In this document: positions 51,413 through 60,896 of the stretch, in pieces | Layout: every line of letters starts with the position of its first letter | How positions within the stretch are numbered: the stretch's first letter is position 1 | NCBI GenBank assembly: GCA_019058445.1 | Contig: JAHPZA010000001.1 | Span: 32,001-96,000 of the forward strand | Source: Promethearchaeota archaeon | GTDB lineage: Archaea > Asgardarchaeota > Lokiarchaeia > Sigyniarchaeales > SOKP01 | Reading direction: 5' to 3' | Length of the DNA stretch: 64,000 nucleotides | Notes under the pieces: model-generated | What the model was told of the DNA's origin: nothing | Database searches by the model: none | The model's input: the letters and a program-made list of their open reading frames with translations, nothing else | Made by a program: the position numbers and the translations under genes

Positions 51413-54211
51413 ATGGAAGATGAAAAGAAGCCAAAAAAGAGATCTCCCTTAGATAATTACGAAAGCGAAATGAAAAAAGATATGTTTGGACAAGTTGTCA
51501 AAAAGAAAGCAGGAGACACACCGAAAAAGCAGGAGGCACAACAAAAGAAAAAAACCCCTTCAAATTCATCCCCGCTAGACACATACGAAAGCAAAATGCT
51601 TCAAGATAAAGCTTCTACGGTTGTAAAAACACCAGATAATAATATTTCGATTGGACAGGGATACTGTTCAAATGAATCTATTTTAAATGCGTATGAAACA
51701 GAAATGTTAAATCAACACGTTTCGAACACCTTAGATCCTAATCGATCTGGAAGTAAGAAACCGAATAAAAAGAAAGCTCCATCTGACGAATGGAAAATCG
51801 TCATTTATGAAGCAGGATTAAAATATATAAGAGCATTAAAAGAGAACTTATATATCGATGACAAAATTATTAAATTGATTACTAGCAAGAAAAATATTTC
51901 AAAAATATTTAATCATCTCTTCATAATCTTCAATGAAAAGAGAGGCAGAAGAACTTTAGGTGTATTTTTACTTATTTTTTATGGTTTTTATGATTCTGAT
52001 AATTTTGAGGATTTACTCAACAAATTAAAGGAATTTTCAGATATGAGTTATGATAGACTCTCAGAATATGTTAAGAAACTGATTGATGACTTTTACGAGG
52101 TCACTGGTCAAGATCTTTATCTTATATGGATGGAGAAAGCGAAAACACAAGAACTTGAAAAAGCACAGAATTTCAAGGAGTTAATTAATAATGATGTTAA
52201 TATAATTCCAAATGAAAGACAAACTTTAGTGAATAACAAAATGGAAACACCAAACATAAATATTCCTAATTTTCGAGTGAGAGTAAAAAACCATTTCGAT
52301 TATATTTTAAGTTCAATTGAATGTACATCTAATCAAAAAGAAAATATTTCACTTAAATCTACCAATATACTAAAGGAGTTTATTTCGAGAGCAAAAAATA
52401 ATGAATTTACTATCTCTAGTAGAGCAGATCCTAAAATAATTGCTACCAGTATAGTGTATACAGCAATCGTATCAAATGAAAATATGCCAGAGATTAACAT
52501 GACTCAAGTAGCTAAATTAGGAGGTATAAAATCACCAAGAATTACATATTACTATAATATATATTTTAGAGAATTGTATCCTCGAATAACGTTTGACTCA
52601 ACCGTATACAAATTAACACCGATTAAATTAATTTTTTCGTTCTATTTTTTTCAACTGCTTTTAAATAGAAATATTAAGTTTTCCAATCAAATTCAAATAA
52701 TAAAAAAGGATATTTTGAATAACACAAATCTTCCAAAAGAATTAGATGAGGTAAATGTTAGAGAACTCCAAGAGATTGCGAAAAATTATCCCGATGTTTT
52801 TACTAAATATTTCAGCGATATGTTCAATATAGTGAGATATTTAATGGAATTAGCTACACTCTATAGAATAATTGGTGCTTCTATAAAAATCCTACCAATC
52901 GCAAAAATGTTTCATAAGAGAGGTATTAATTTAACACAAACGGTTGACGGTTTTCATCGATCTTTAACAGAAATTTTCGATTTTTTAAAAGAAAAGAATT
53001 TTAAGTTTTTTCCTAAACGAGTAGAATCAACAGACACTCCCAAAAAAGAGAGACCTGAGAAACAACGTCAGATGAAAAGAATTGTTGGAACAAGAATTAA
53101 ACTATATATAATAAATCATATTTATAACGGGAAATATTTTAAAAAAGGAAGAGAAGGCTGTCCAAAATGCTTGAATAAGGGTTTAAAAACGGATATTACT
53201 AGGATTAAGGGTTTGGAATTCCACCATCCTACTGAAATGAGAGAGATGCAATATACTGCGGAAAATCTCTATCAGTTATTTATTAACAATCAGCTTAATC
53301 CCTATTTTCTAGACGATCTGATAGAGGCAATGCAGAATGAAAAGGTACAATTATTATGTACTAACCACCATAACTTACTACATCATGAGGATTACCATGA
53401 TTTTAAATACTTAATTAATTGGGCAAACATATTTTCTTATCCAGCAGAGATCATCCGCTTATTAATCAGAGTTGCGGTAGATAATTTTCATAAAACTAAA
53501 GACTTAACTATTGACGAAAAAAAAGGGAAGCGAAGAAATTTACGATCTAAAATAAAGAAAAAATATGTTTTAGAGTTTTTTAATGGAAGATATTGCCCTG
53601 CTTGTGGAAAATTCAACACATTGGATCATTTAACAGCATTCCATTTTAGTCATATCGATCAACGTAACGAAGATATTGATATTCTTAGATTATTTCGAGA
53701 TAAATCATGTTCTAAAATAGTTAAAGCATTAGTAAATGAGGGTGGTGGATTTGTTTGTGGAAATTGTCATACAGTTTTTCACTTTGATAAATATATCCCC
53801 CTTTTAGAAGAGATTTTTGAGGATAAAGCAATAATAAACAATATTATAGAAGATTATGAAAATGTCAGAGATAAATATTCCCCTATATATAACGCCTCAG
53901 TTGGAGACCCATTAAAAACATCCAAAGCTCAGTACGGCAAGTTTCAAAACTATCTAATGTCTATTTATGCAATTTCAAATTCTGGTAATGACGTTACACA
54001 TTCTACTTTAAGCGAATATATGGGGTTGGCAATACCATCTATATTCAAGTTTTTTAAACAAAATAAGAAGCTAGTTAGCAAGTATATAGATATTAACATA
54101 GGAAGTTCAGGTTGGAACGGAGAGGAAACTAAATATTCTTTAAATGCAGACGGAGAAGAACTAATAAGGGTAATTAATCACTTTAGGGACTATTTCAGTT
54201 CTATTAAGTAA
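51413..54211 (+). CDS. 932-aa protein: TFB-like cyclin/HTH repeat, two Zn-binding HNH-like domains, C-terminal winged helix
   Basis: ADPKIIATSIVYTA...INMTQVAKLGGI...ITYYY resembles TFB repeat 2; CPKC..LEFHHP..LLCTNHHNLLH; CPAC..FHFSHI..FVCGNCHTVFH; VTHSTLSEYMGL...YSLNADGEELI. Confidence 0.7.
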   Translation: MEDEKKPKKRSPLDNYESEMKKDMFGQVVKKKAGDTPKKQEAQQKKKTPSNSSPLDTYESKMLQDKASTVVKTPDNNISIGQGYCSNESILNAYETEMLNQHVSNTLDPNRSGSKKPNKKKAPSDEWKIVIYEAGLKYIRALKENLYIDDKIIKLITSKKNISKIFNHLFIIFNEKRGRRTLGVFLLIFYGFYDSDNFEDLLNKLKEFSDMSYDRLSEYVKKLIDDFYEVTGQDLYLIWMEKAKTQELEKAQNFKELINNDVNIIPNERQTLVNNKMETPNINIPNFRVRVKNHFDYILSSIECTSNQKENISLKSTNILKEFISRAKNNEFTISSRADPKIIATSIVYTAIVSNENMPEINMTQVAKLGGIKSPRITYYYNIYFRELYPRITFDSTVYKLTPIKLIFSFYFFQLLLNRNIKFSNQIQIIKKDILNNTNLPKELDEVNVRELQEIAKNYPDVFTKYFSDMFNIVRYLMELATLYRIIGASIKILPIAKMFHKRGINLTQTVDGFHRSLTEIFDFLKEKNFKFFPKRVESTDTPKKERPEKQRQMKRIVGTRIKLYIINHIYNGKYFKKGREGCPKCLNKGLKTDITRIKGLEFHHPTEMREMQYTAENLYQLFINNQLNPYFLDDLIEAMQNEKVQLLCTNHHNLLHHEDYHDFKYLINWANIFSYPAEIIRLLIRVAVDNFHKTKDLTIDEKKGKRRNLRSKIKKKYVLEFFNGRYCPACGKFNTLDHLTAFHFSHIDQRNEDIDILRLFRDKSCSKIVKALVNEGGGFVCGNCHTVFHFDKYIPLLEEIFEDKAIINNIIEDYENVRDKYSPIYNASVGDPLKTSKAQYGKFQNYLMSIYAISNSGNDVTHSTLSEYMGLAIPSIFKFFKQNKKLVSKYIDINIGSSGWNGEETKYSLNADGEELIRVINHFRDYFSSIK

Positions 54212-54216
54212 AACCT
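54204..54216. repeat. Right junction: arm TTAAGTAAAA plus CCT core
   Basis: Inverted partner of 20663-20672; contains the stop codons of both the 932-aa gene and the truncated regulator. Confidence 0.6.
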
Positions 54217-54392
54217 CTGCGAGCGAGTATGTGCGGATATTTCTGTTCTTTGAGTACATTCTCTAACGTCTTTAATGTTATGAAGGGTAATTCCTCTCTT
54301 ATATAAATTGTATTATCTTCTAGATTTTGATATCTGTTCTTTATTCCGATTAAGAGTGGTTTTGAATTTAATAAAGCAGACATAAGTTTTAT

Positions 54393-54447
54393 ATTTTCAA
54401 TGACAGATTCATTTAAATTATCGATATTTGGAAAAACTTTTACTAAA
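54393..54447. repeat. 55-bp direct repeat, copy 2
   Basis: 54/55 identical to 20838-20892. Confidence 0.9.
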
Positions 54448-54761
54448 AAGATGGAATTATCTTTTTTTACCAAAAAATCAAAACAAAACTTAGTTCTTTT
54501 GGTAGATTCCTCGAAATGAAAGGTTTCGAAATGTTTTTCACTTAAGAGGGCAGCAATTCTTTGTATTATGCTATCAACTGTCAATATCCTAATAGTAACA
54601 AGCAAAATCTTATAAAAAAGTTTTTCTGTTTAAGGTAATAATATTAGTTGGTTTATTTCTAATCAACTATTAAAGTAGAATCCTAGTTTTTCGCATCATA
54701 TTTACTCGTTAATTTTTTTATTAAAAATTCATTTTAATAAATATTTAAAAATAGGTAAAAG

Positions 54762-56006
54762 TTGAAAATCGTGTTAAAAATTGATAAAGCAAAGTTCGAT
54801 CCGATTGAATTATCTGACTTTCCAGAAATAGTTGAAAGGAAAGGGGTTGGACACCCCGATTCCGTGTGCGATGCGGCTGCTGATGCCTGCTCAAGAGCAT
54901 TATGTAAATATTATTTTGAAACTTTTGGTCGATATTATCATCATAATGTCGATAAAGCTGCCTTAGTTGGGGGAATATCAAAACCAGAATTCGGAGGCGG
55001 CATTATTCTTGAACCAGAATATTTTTTAATTGTAGGGAGAGCAATTAATCAAATCCTAAGAGAGAATAAATTAGAATATATCCCCGTCGCAACCATTTGT
55101 CTTGATGCATGCAGACAGGTTGTAGGAAATGTATTTCGAAACATTGATATTACTTCAAATCATCATATCCAGTTTGATTACGCGGTAAGACCAGGTTCTA
55201 TTGATTTGACGGGAGTATTCGAAGAATCTGATGCAAAAGAGCAGGTACCATTAGCAAATGATACGAGTTTTGGAGTAGGTTATGCCCCCTATTCAGATGT
55301 CGAAAAAATAGCTTTAGAAGCAGAACGATTACTTAATTCTGATGCTTTTAAAGATAAATGCCCTGCTTCGGGAGAAGATATAAAAGTTATGGTACAGAGA
55401 GTAAATAAAGATGTAGATATCACGGTCTGTGGAGCAATGGTTACGAAATACATCAATAATAAAGACGATTATGTGAACTATACAAATCAAATGAAAGACG
55501 CAGTATTAGATTTAGCAGCAAAGATCATCCCGGAAAAGAATTGTAGCTGTTCTGTGAATGTAGGTGATAATATTGAGAGAGGTATTCTTTACTTAACTAT
55601 TACGGGAACTTCTGCAGAAGCAGGTGATGATGGTGAAGTAGGTAGGGGCAATCGATCTAACGGTTTAATAACTCCATGTAGAACAATGAGTCTTGAAGCT
55701 GTCTGTGGAAAGAATCCGATTAATCATGTTGGGAAAATTTACAACGTGCTTAGTACAGAGATCGCAAGAGAGATTTATGAAAGAGGACAAGGCGATATTG
55801 TTGAAGCGCATGTAAAACTCTTATCTCAAATTGGCAGACCGATTACGGATCCTTGGATTAATTCTATCAGTTTGATTCCAGCCGATAATGTAAATTTTTC
55901 AAGTATTTCGAAAATTGCCGAAGAAGTTTCAGAAGAGAAGTTAAGTAAAGAAAAATTAATAGATCTTCGGGAACGCCTCATTGCTGGTAAAGTGCAAGTT
56001 TTTTAA
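54762..56006 (+). CDS. mat: S-adenosylmethionine synthetase (archaeal type)
   Basis: [65 protein letters not shown]. Confidence 0.96.
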   Translation: MKIVLKIDKAKFDPIELSDFPEIVERKGVGHPDSVCDAAADACSRALCKYYFETFGRYYHHNVDKAALVGGISKPEFGGGIILEPEYFLIVGRAINQILRENKLEYIPVATICLDACRQVVGNVFRNIDITSNHHIQFDYAVRPGSIDLTGVFEESDAKEQVPLANDTSFGVGYAPYSDVEKIALEAERLLNSDAFKDKCPASGEDIKVMVQRVNKDVDITVCGAMVTKYINNKDDYVNYTNQMKDAVLDLAAKIIPEKNCSCSVNVGDNIERGILYLTITGTSAEAGDDGEVGRGNRSNGLITPCRTMSLEAVCGKNPINHVGKIYNVLSTEIAREIYERGQGDIVEAHVKLLSQIGRPITDPWINSISLIPADNVNFSSISKIAEEVSEEKLSKEKLIDLRERLIAGKVQVF

Positions 56007-56090
56007 TTTTTTTTATTCTTTTTTTATTAATATTTAAAACTATAATTTCTAATAGTTACCCAACACAATTCTTTTGTTAGTGAATATATA

Positions 56091-56372
56091 TTGAGCTTGG
56101 ACAAATGGATAAAGACTGAAAAGGAAGAAGAGAAAAAAAAAGAGGATGAGAAAAAAAAGAAACCTCTGAAAAAAAAACCGCAATCAGAAAGTATAAATCA
56201 AAATATTGAGACTACAAAGACTCACGATACCCGATTAAAAAAACTGACAAAATACATCCTCATTTGCCCAAAAAAATCCTGCGGTTATCAAAAAACATTA
56301 ATGAAAAAACAATTAATTGAGAACGACAAAATTTGTCCTAGATGTAAGGGGAATATGAAGGTTAAAAAATAA
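56091..56372 (+). CDS. Small Zn-ribbon protein
   Basis: CPKKSC...CPRC; charged N-terminus. Confidence 0.6.
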   Translation: MSLDKWIKTEKEEEKKKEDEKKKKPLKKKPQSESINQNIETTKTHDTRLKKLTKYILICPKKSCGYQKTLMKKQLIENDKICPRCKGNMKVKK

Positions 56373-56376
56373 AAAC

Positions 56377-56616
56377 TTACTCTTTCTTTTCCACAACCGG
56401 TTTAACTGGTAAATTTTTCAGATTAAATTTGGTTTCACAGTAGGGACACGTATCTTTTTTTCTTGTATATTTTATAATAATATATCCAATTCCGAGGGTA
56501 AAGAGAGTCAAAAAGCACATTATTTCGTTATATTTTTGATCAATATCTTTTCTTTTAAGCTCAACTTCGCGTTCACAGGTTTCACAATAAATTATTCTTT
56601 TTACCGTAAGAATCAA
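56377..56616 (-). CDS. LITAF-like Zn ribbon protein (CxxC-hydrophobic helix-CxxC)
   Basis: CETC...IMCFLTLFTLGIGYIII...CPYC. Confidence 0.55.
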   Translation of the reverse strand: MILTVKRIIYCETCEREVELKRKDIDQKYNEIMCFLTLFTLGIGYIIIKYTRKKDTCPYCETKFNLKNLPVKPVVEKKE

Positions 56617-56862
56617 CCATTATTCATGTATTTTTTTAATATTTTTAATTAATGCTAGCTGATTTAATTAGCTTTTGTCCAATGTCAAAAAGAAAAAAAT
56701 TAATTTAGTTCTTATTAGATCGAAAACTTCTGTGTAAAAAAAAGATTTATAAAATAGCTTTATAATTATAGTGATTATAGATTCGCAATAAAACAATTAC
56801 CAAAAAAAATATTATCTAATTATACACAAAAATTCGTTTCAAATTAAAATGAGGTAAAGTTA

Positions 56863-57858
56863 ATGACAATATGTTATCATTGTGGAGTGGAAATTCCTCA
56901 AAATGAGGTTTATCTTTGTGAAAAATGTGGTCAAAACTACTGTGGGTTACATAGAGATCCTGTGAACCATGAATGCAATATTGTAATAGAATCTTTAAGA
57001 TCTCAGCAAATGCAAACTCCAGTGCCAACTTATAGGGAAGTTCCTTCATATGAATCGACAACAGATTCGACTGTACGTGGAACTACCGACGGGAGCTTTA
57101 ATTGGTACCGACAAGAAAGGCAAGTCCCAGAGAATGCGTTTGATCCAGATTCTGGAATTGAATTTAAGGGAATTTTATTTCCGTACAAATCAGAATTTTT
57201 ACATTTATTAATTGGCGCAAGCCTAATTTTCTTAATCGGGTTAATAGTGTTTTATAATCCCCAATTAATTCGTCTAAATTTGACCTGGGCCATCTTTTTA
57301 CTTGCAGGATTCTATACAACAGCGTTTCTCTTTCATGAATTTGGGCATCGTCAGGTCGCTAAACATTTTGGACTTCAAACCAAATTTCGATTACTTACGT
57401 TTGGTATGATATTAACTGTATTTGGTTTGATAGCAGGATTCTGGTCGCTGCTTTCAAATTCAGTAAGCTTGCCCATATTAGCTTTGCCTGGTGCTGTCGT
57501 AGTTTTGGGCTTAGATAAGATTGATCGTAGAACAGGGTTATGTAAATCGGCTGGTCCGATTGTTAATTTAATATATGGTACAATTCTTTTGATTATTTCG
57601 TTAGGAATTCCTAAAGATTTATTTCCCTTAAATTTATTTATAGGGTATGCTGCTGCTTTAAATTTTATGTTAGGATTATTTAACATGATACCAATTGGCA
57701 TTTTAGATGGACAGAATATTTTTAAATGGAAAAAATCGGTCTATTTTCTCTTAGCTGGTTCATTGATATTGATGCTAATAATTTCTTATTCATTGATTTA
57801 CGCTCCAATAGAAACTTCATTATATGTACCCGAAAGCATGAAAAGTACTGCCGGTTAA
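56863..57858 (+). CDS. AN1 Zn finger fused to site-2 protease (M50)
   Basis: CYHC..CEKCGQNYCGLHR....HEC; HEFGH; AGP..N; FNMIPIGILDG. Confidence 0.88.
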   Translation: MTICYHCGVEIPQNEVYLCEKCGQNYCGLHRDPVNHECNIVIESLRSQQMQTPVPTYREVPSYESTTDSTVRGTTDGSFNWYRQERQVPENAFDPDSGIEFKGILFPYKSEFLHLLIGASLIFLIGLIVFYNPQLIRLNLTWAIFLLAGFYTTAFLFHEFGHRQVAKHFGLQTKFRLLTFGMILTVFGLIAGFWSLLSNSVSLPILALPGAVVVLGLDKIDRRTGLCKSAGPIVNLIYGTILLIISLGIPKDLFPLNLFIGYAAALNFMLGLFNMIPIGILDGQNIFKWKKSVYFLLAGSLILMLIISYSLIYAPIETSLYVPESMKSTAG

Positions 57859-58036
57859 ACTCATCTAATATTTTTTTTATAATTTTCAAATACTAAGCGT
57901 TCTGCATTTTTATAGGAAAAATTAAATTGCATTCTTAAACTAAAAAAATAGAAGGATAATATTTTTAATATAATACCAGTTTTAATATAACAATAAATAA
58001 GAAAATAGTTAGAAAAAGGAATAGGGTTGGAAACTA

Positions 58037-58915
58037 TTGCCATTTTGTGTATTTTGTGGAGAAGAAATAGGATATCTGCCATTTAAATGTAAATATTGTG
58101 GAGGTACTTTTTGTAAGAAACATCGCTTACCTGAAAACCATGAGTGTACTTTTGAATTAAAACATATTTCAGTGGTTCCCACATCTTCTGGGGAGCCAAG
58201 TAGAAGTTATCAGGAAGAGCAAATAAAAAAACCTAGAAGACCGCAATATGAATTTAGAGGGTTTCAAAGAACATATATGAGCAAGACAGAATTTAAAGGA
58301 ACAAAATTATTAATAGGCATGATATTGATTTTCTCCATAGTTGCTTTATTTTTTTTTCTTTTAGATCTTAATCAATATATATACTTGAGTGTTCATGGTC
58401 TTCTGTTTTACTTTAGTTATTATACATTTTTTACAGCACTATTTATTGGTTCTGGGGGGTTTATTGGTCTATTATTTCTGTTTATTATCTTATATTTCTT
58501 ATATTATATGGCAAGGGTTATTGAAATGCAATATGGAACTAAGTTTTTAATATTTCTATATATGATATCTGCTCTTTTTTCGGCTATGGTATTTGTGGTA
58601 TTAAGGGTTCTACTTCATTTTTATTATCCCATCGAATCGTACCCCGTTTATGTAGGATTGGCATGGGGTGGAGTTTTGGGAATCCTTTCATTTACTATAT
58701 TTCCTTATTATAATCGAAAAATCACAGGATTAATGTATTTTATACCCATGAGAATGAAAGGAAAAACCTTTTTATTACTTATAGTTTTAATCAGATTAAT
58801 TCCAGGGTTGTTTTATTCTCTGTTGAGTCCATTATACATCCTTTACTATTTTCCCGATTTAGGAGGGATTTTAGCATCCTATCTTGTATATCGTATTAAA
58901 TTTAAGTATCGTTAG
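58037..58915 (+). CDS. AN1 Zn finger fused to rhomboid-like membrane domain (probably inactive)
   Basis: CVFC..LPFKCKYCGGTFCKKHRLPENHEC; IEMQYG..FL..Y; the GxSG and HxxG positions read GLAWGG and PDLGG. Confidence 0.8.
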   Translation: MPFCVFCGEEIGYLPFKCKYCGGTFCKKHRLPENHECTFELKHISVVPTSSGEPSRSYQEEQIKKPRRPQYEFRGFQRTYMSKTEFKGTKLLIGMILIFSIVALFFFLLDLNQYIYLSVHGLLFYFSYYTFFTALFIGSGGFIGLLFLFIILYFLYYMARVIEMQYGTKFLIFLYMISALFSAMVFVVLRVLLHFYYPIESYPVYVGLAWGGVLGILSFTIFPYYNRKITGLMYFIPMRMKGKTFLLLIVLIRLIPGLFYSLLSPLYILYYFPDLGGILASYLVYRIKFKYR

Positions 58916-59021
58916 TGAGATGATTTTGTTGAGAATGAGAATCATAAGAAATATCAAGGCTCAACAATTTTCATTTATATATTTTATTCAATTGTAAAAA
59001 CTTTACTAAGATGTTTGTAAA

Positions 59022-59684
59022 ATGCCTGAGGAACAAGCTTCTAAAATTATAGAGTTAAACGAAGATTTAATAGAAAATAATGAAAGATTAGCTGACCGAA
59101 ATAACCAGATTTTAAAAGATAATAAAATTCGTTCATTTGATGTAGTCGGAGCTATAGGAGCTGGTAAGACCGCATTATTAGAGACAATATCTGAACGATT
59201 ATCTCAAAAAGTAAAGATCTTAGTAATTAATGGCGATGTTGCTACTAGAATTGATGCTGATAGGATTGAACAGCACGGTGTAAAAACCATTCAAGTGAAT
59301 ACTGGGAGAGAATGTGCCTTAAATGCCTTTCATATTTCTCAAATATTAAAAAATATTGATTTAACAAATTATCAGAACGGAGTTTTATTCATTGAAAATG
59401 TGGGCAATTTAATTTGTCCATCTGATTTTATATTAGGTGCCGAAAAAAGAATTGTAATTGTCTCAATCACCGAAGGAGAATGGGTAATTAGAAAACATCC
59501 ATTGTTGTTTAAATTTTCAGACATTGCGGTAATAAACAAGATAGATTTAAACGATGTTGTTGAGGTTAATATTGATAAGATGATTAATGATGCGAAAGAC
59601 ATAAATCCGAATCTTAAAATTTTTACAACGAGTGCTAAAACAGGAGAAAATATTTCAGAACTGATAGAAGCATTAGAAATATAA
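59022..59684 (+). CDS. hypB: Hydrogenase nickel incorporation GTPase HypB
   Basis: GAIGAGKT, GDV.T..DA, ENVGNLICP, NKID, SAKTGE. Confidence 0.9.
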   Translation: MPEEQASKIIELNEDLIENNERLADRNNQILKDNKIRSFDVVGAIGAGKTALLETISERLSQKVKILVINGDVATRIDADRIEQHGVKTIQVNTGRECALNAFHISQILKNIDLTNYQNGVLFIENVGNLICPSDFILGAEKRIVIVSITEGEWVIRKHPLLFKFSDIAVINKIDLNDVVEVNIDKMINDAKDINPNLKIFTTSAKTGENISELIEALEI

Positions 59685-59749
59685 CACATTTGATTTTTGA
59701 TTTTTTGAAAGTTGGGGGAACTTATATTCTTAAGTTATTTAAATATTAA

Positions 59750-59861
59750 GAGAAGGAGATCAAAATTCAATCCAAAACTCCAAATACGAGGGAGTGTTAG
59801 GCTTTAAAAAGGCTAACGGGGGCGAAATGTAGGCTAGGATGGAATTAATAGATTCCTTCTC
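59750..59861. ncRNA. Candidate structured small RNA
   Basis: Closing stem GAGAAGGAGATC/GATTCCTTCTC; internal hairpins ACTCC..GGAGT and GTTAGGCTTT..AAAGGCTAAC; a GC-rich patch in an AT-rich intergenic region. Confidence 0.45.
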
Positions 59862-60387
59862 AACAATAAATTAGATTATAACTATTTAAAGGAAAAATTT
59901 TTTCTATTTTTTCTTTAAATACTTTTGATAGAGTTTCTAAAATAAAGAATATTGTAGAAATTAATCATTGATTAACGTCGTAAAATAAACCTTGAAAAGA
60001 TTAAGTTGTAAAAATTTGAGAGTTTAGACGTACTATTCAAGAAATTAATTTTTGCCCCGAGATAAATCAAATTAGATTTTCGAGTTATTTTTCTATGGAT
60101 GGTTTATTTAGAAGATATTTTTGGGGTATGATATTTAAAAAGGAAAAATTGTGTTTTGTTTAAAAAAAATTGAATTTTTATTTCTTTATTTGGTTCCAAA
60201 ACCTTAAGAACTTTTTTATAAAAGGAGATTTCTAGAAATTGGATTATCTATTCGCTGTTTTAGATTGCTATTCAATTTTCCAATAATGTTACTAATAAAA
60301 AGATAGCATTTAAAAAGGTGACTCGGTCACATAATAACAATAATGCAATCAGAACATAAGATAATTTAAAAAAACTTGATCAAAAAT

Positions 60388-60741
60388 ATGGCAACAGAAA
60401 AATATCTGCATAGTTTCAATCAAGATTTGGATTTGGAATGTAAAAATAAATATTTCCAAACTAAAAAGAAGTCAATTTTAGATAGAGTTAATTTGGAGAC
60501 TTATAGATTATTAAAATGCTTAGATTTCCCAATATCATTGAAAAACTTAATAATTGAAAAATTTATGAATTTTTGGATTGCTTTTAATCCTGGAAGCAAA
60601 GATAGGAATTTTGAGATTCTATTGCCAATGACCATTTATCACGTTTTAAAATCACAAAAATTTCCATTAAACGAAAAAGAATTATTTAAATTGTCTAAAA
60701 TTACGAATAAAGAATTTAATACATTCAAACAAGTTCTCTAA
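60388..60741 (+). CDS. Single TFB-type cyclin-fold protein or remnant
   Basis: RLLKCLDFP..LK........RNFEILLPMTIY..LK....PLN..EL resembles TFB repeat 1. Confidence 0.4.
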   Translation: MATEKYLHSFNQDLDLECKNKYFQTKKKSILDRVNLETYRLLKCLDFPISLKNLIIEKFMNFWIAFNPGSKDRNFEILLPMTIYHVLKSQKFPLNEKELFKLSKITNKEFNTFKQVL

Positions 60742-60896
60742 GTACTTGTCATTAATATAAAACCAAAACGATGAAATTATTTAAGATAAAATCCTAAAAT
60801 TTGGTGATTTTTTTAGTGTAGAATAGTTTTAAAAAAATATATTTACAAAATAAATAGCTAATCAAAAGAAAGAAATTGAGGGAGAAGGGGCGCATT

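Larger units (their letters stand above)
20662..54213. mobile_element. ~33.5 kb integrated element / defence island inserted in the COG1395-like gene
   Basis: Split and partly duplicated host gene at both borders; CCT direct repeat (20659-20661 and 54214-54216); imperfect inverted ends; housekeeping genes absent inside; very AT-rich defence-like cargo. Confidence 0.85.
54204..54605 (-). pseudogene. Stranded 5' fragment of the COG1395-like regulator (probable start TTG 54584)
   Basis: Paralogous to aa 1-127 of 20010-21038. Ends ...YPHILARRG-FT*, with the last codons supplied by element DNA; lacks the HTH. Confidence 0.85.
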
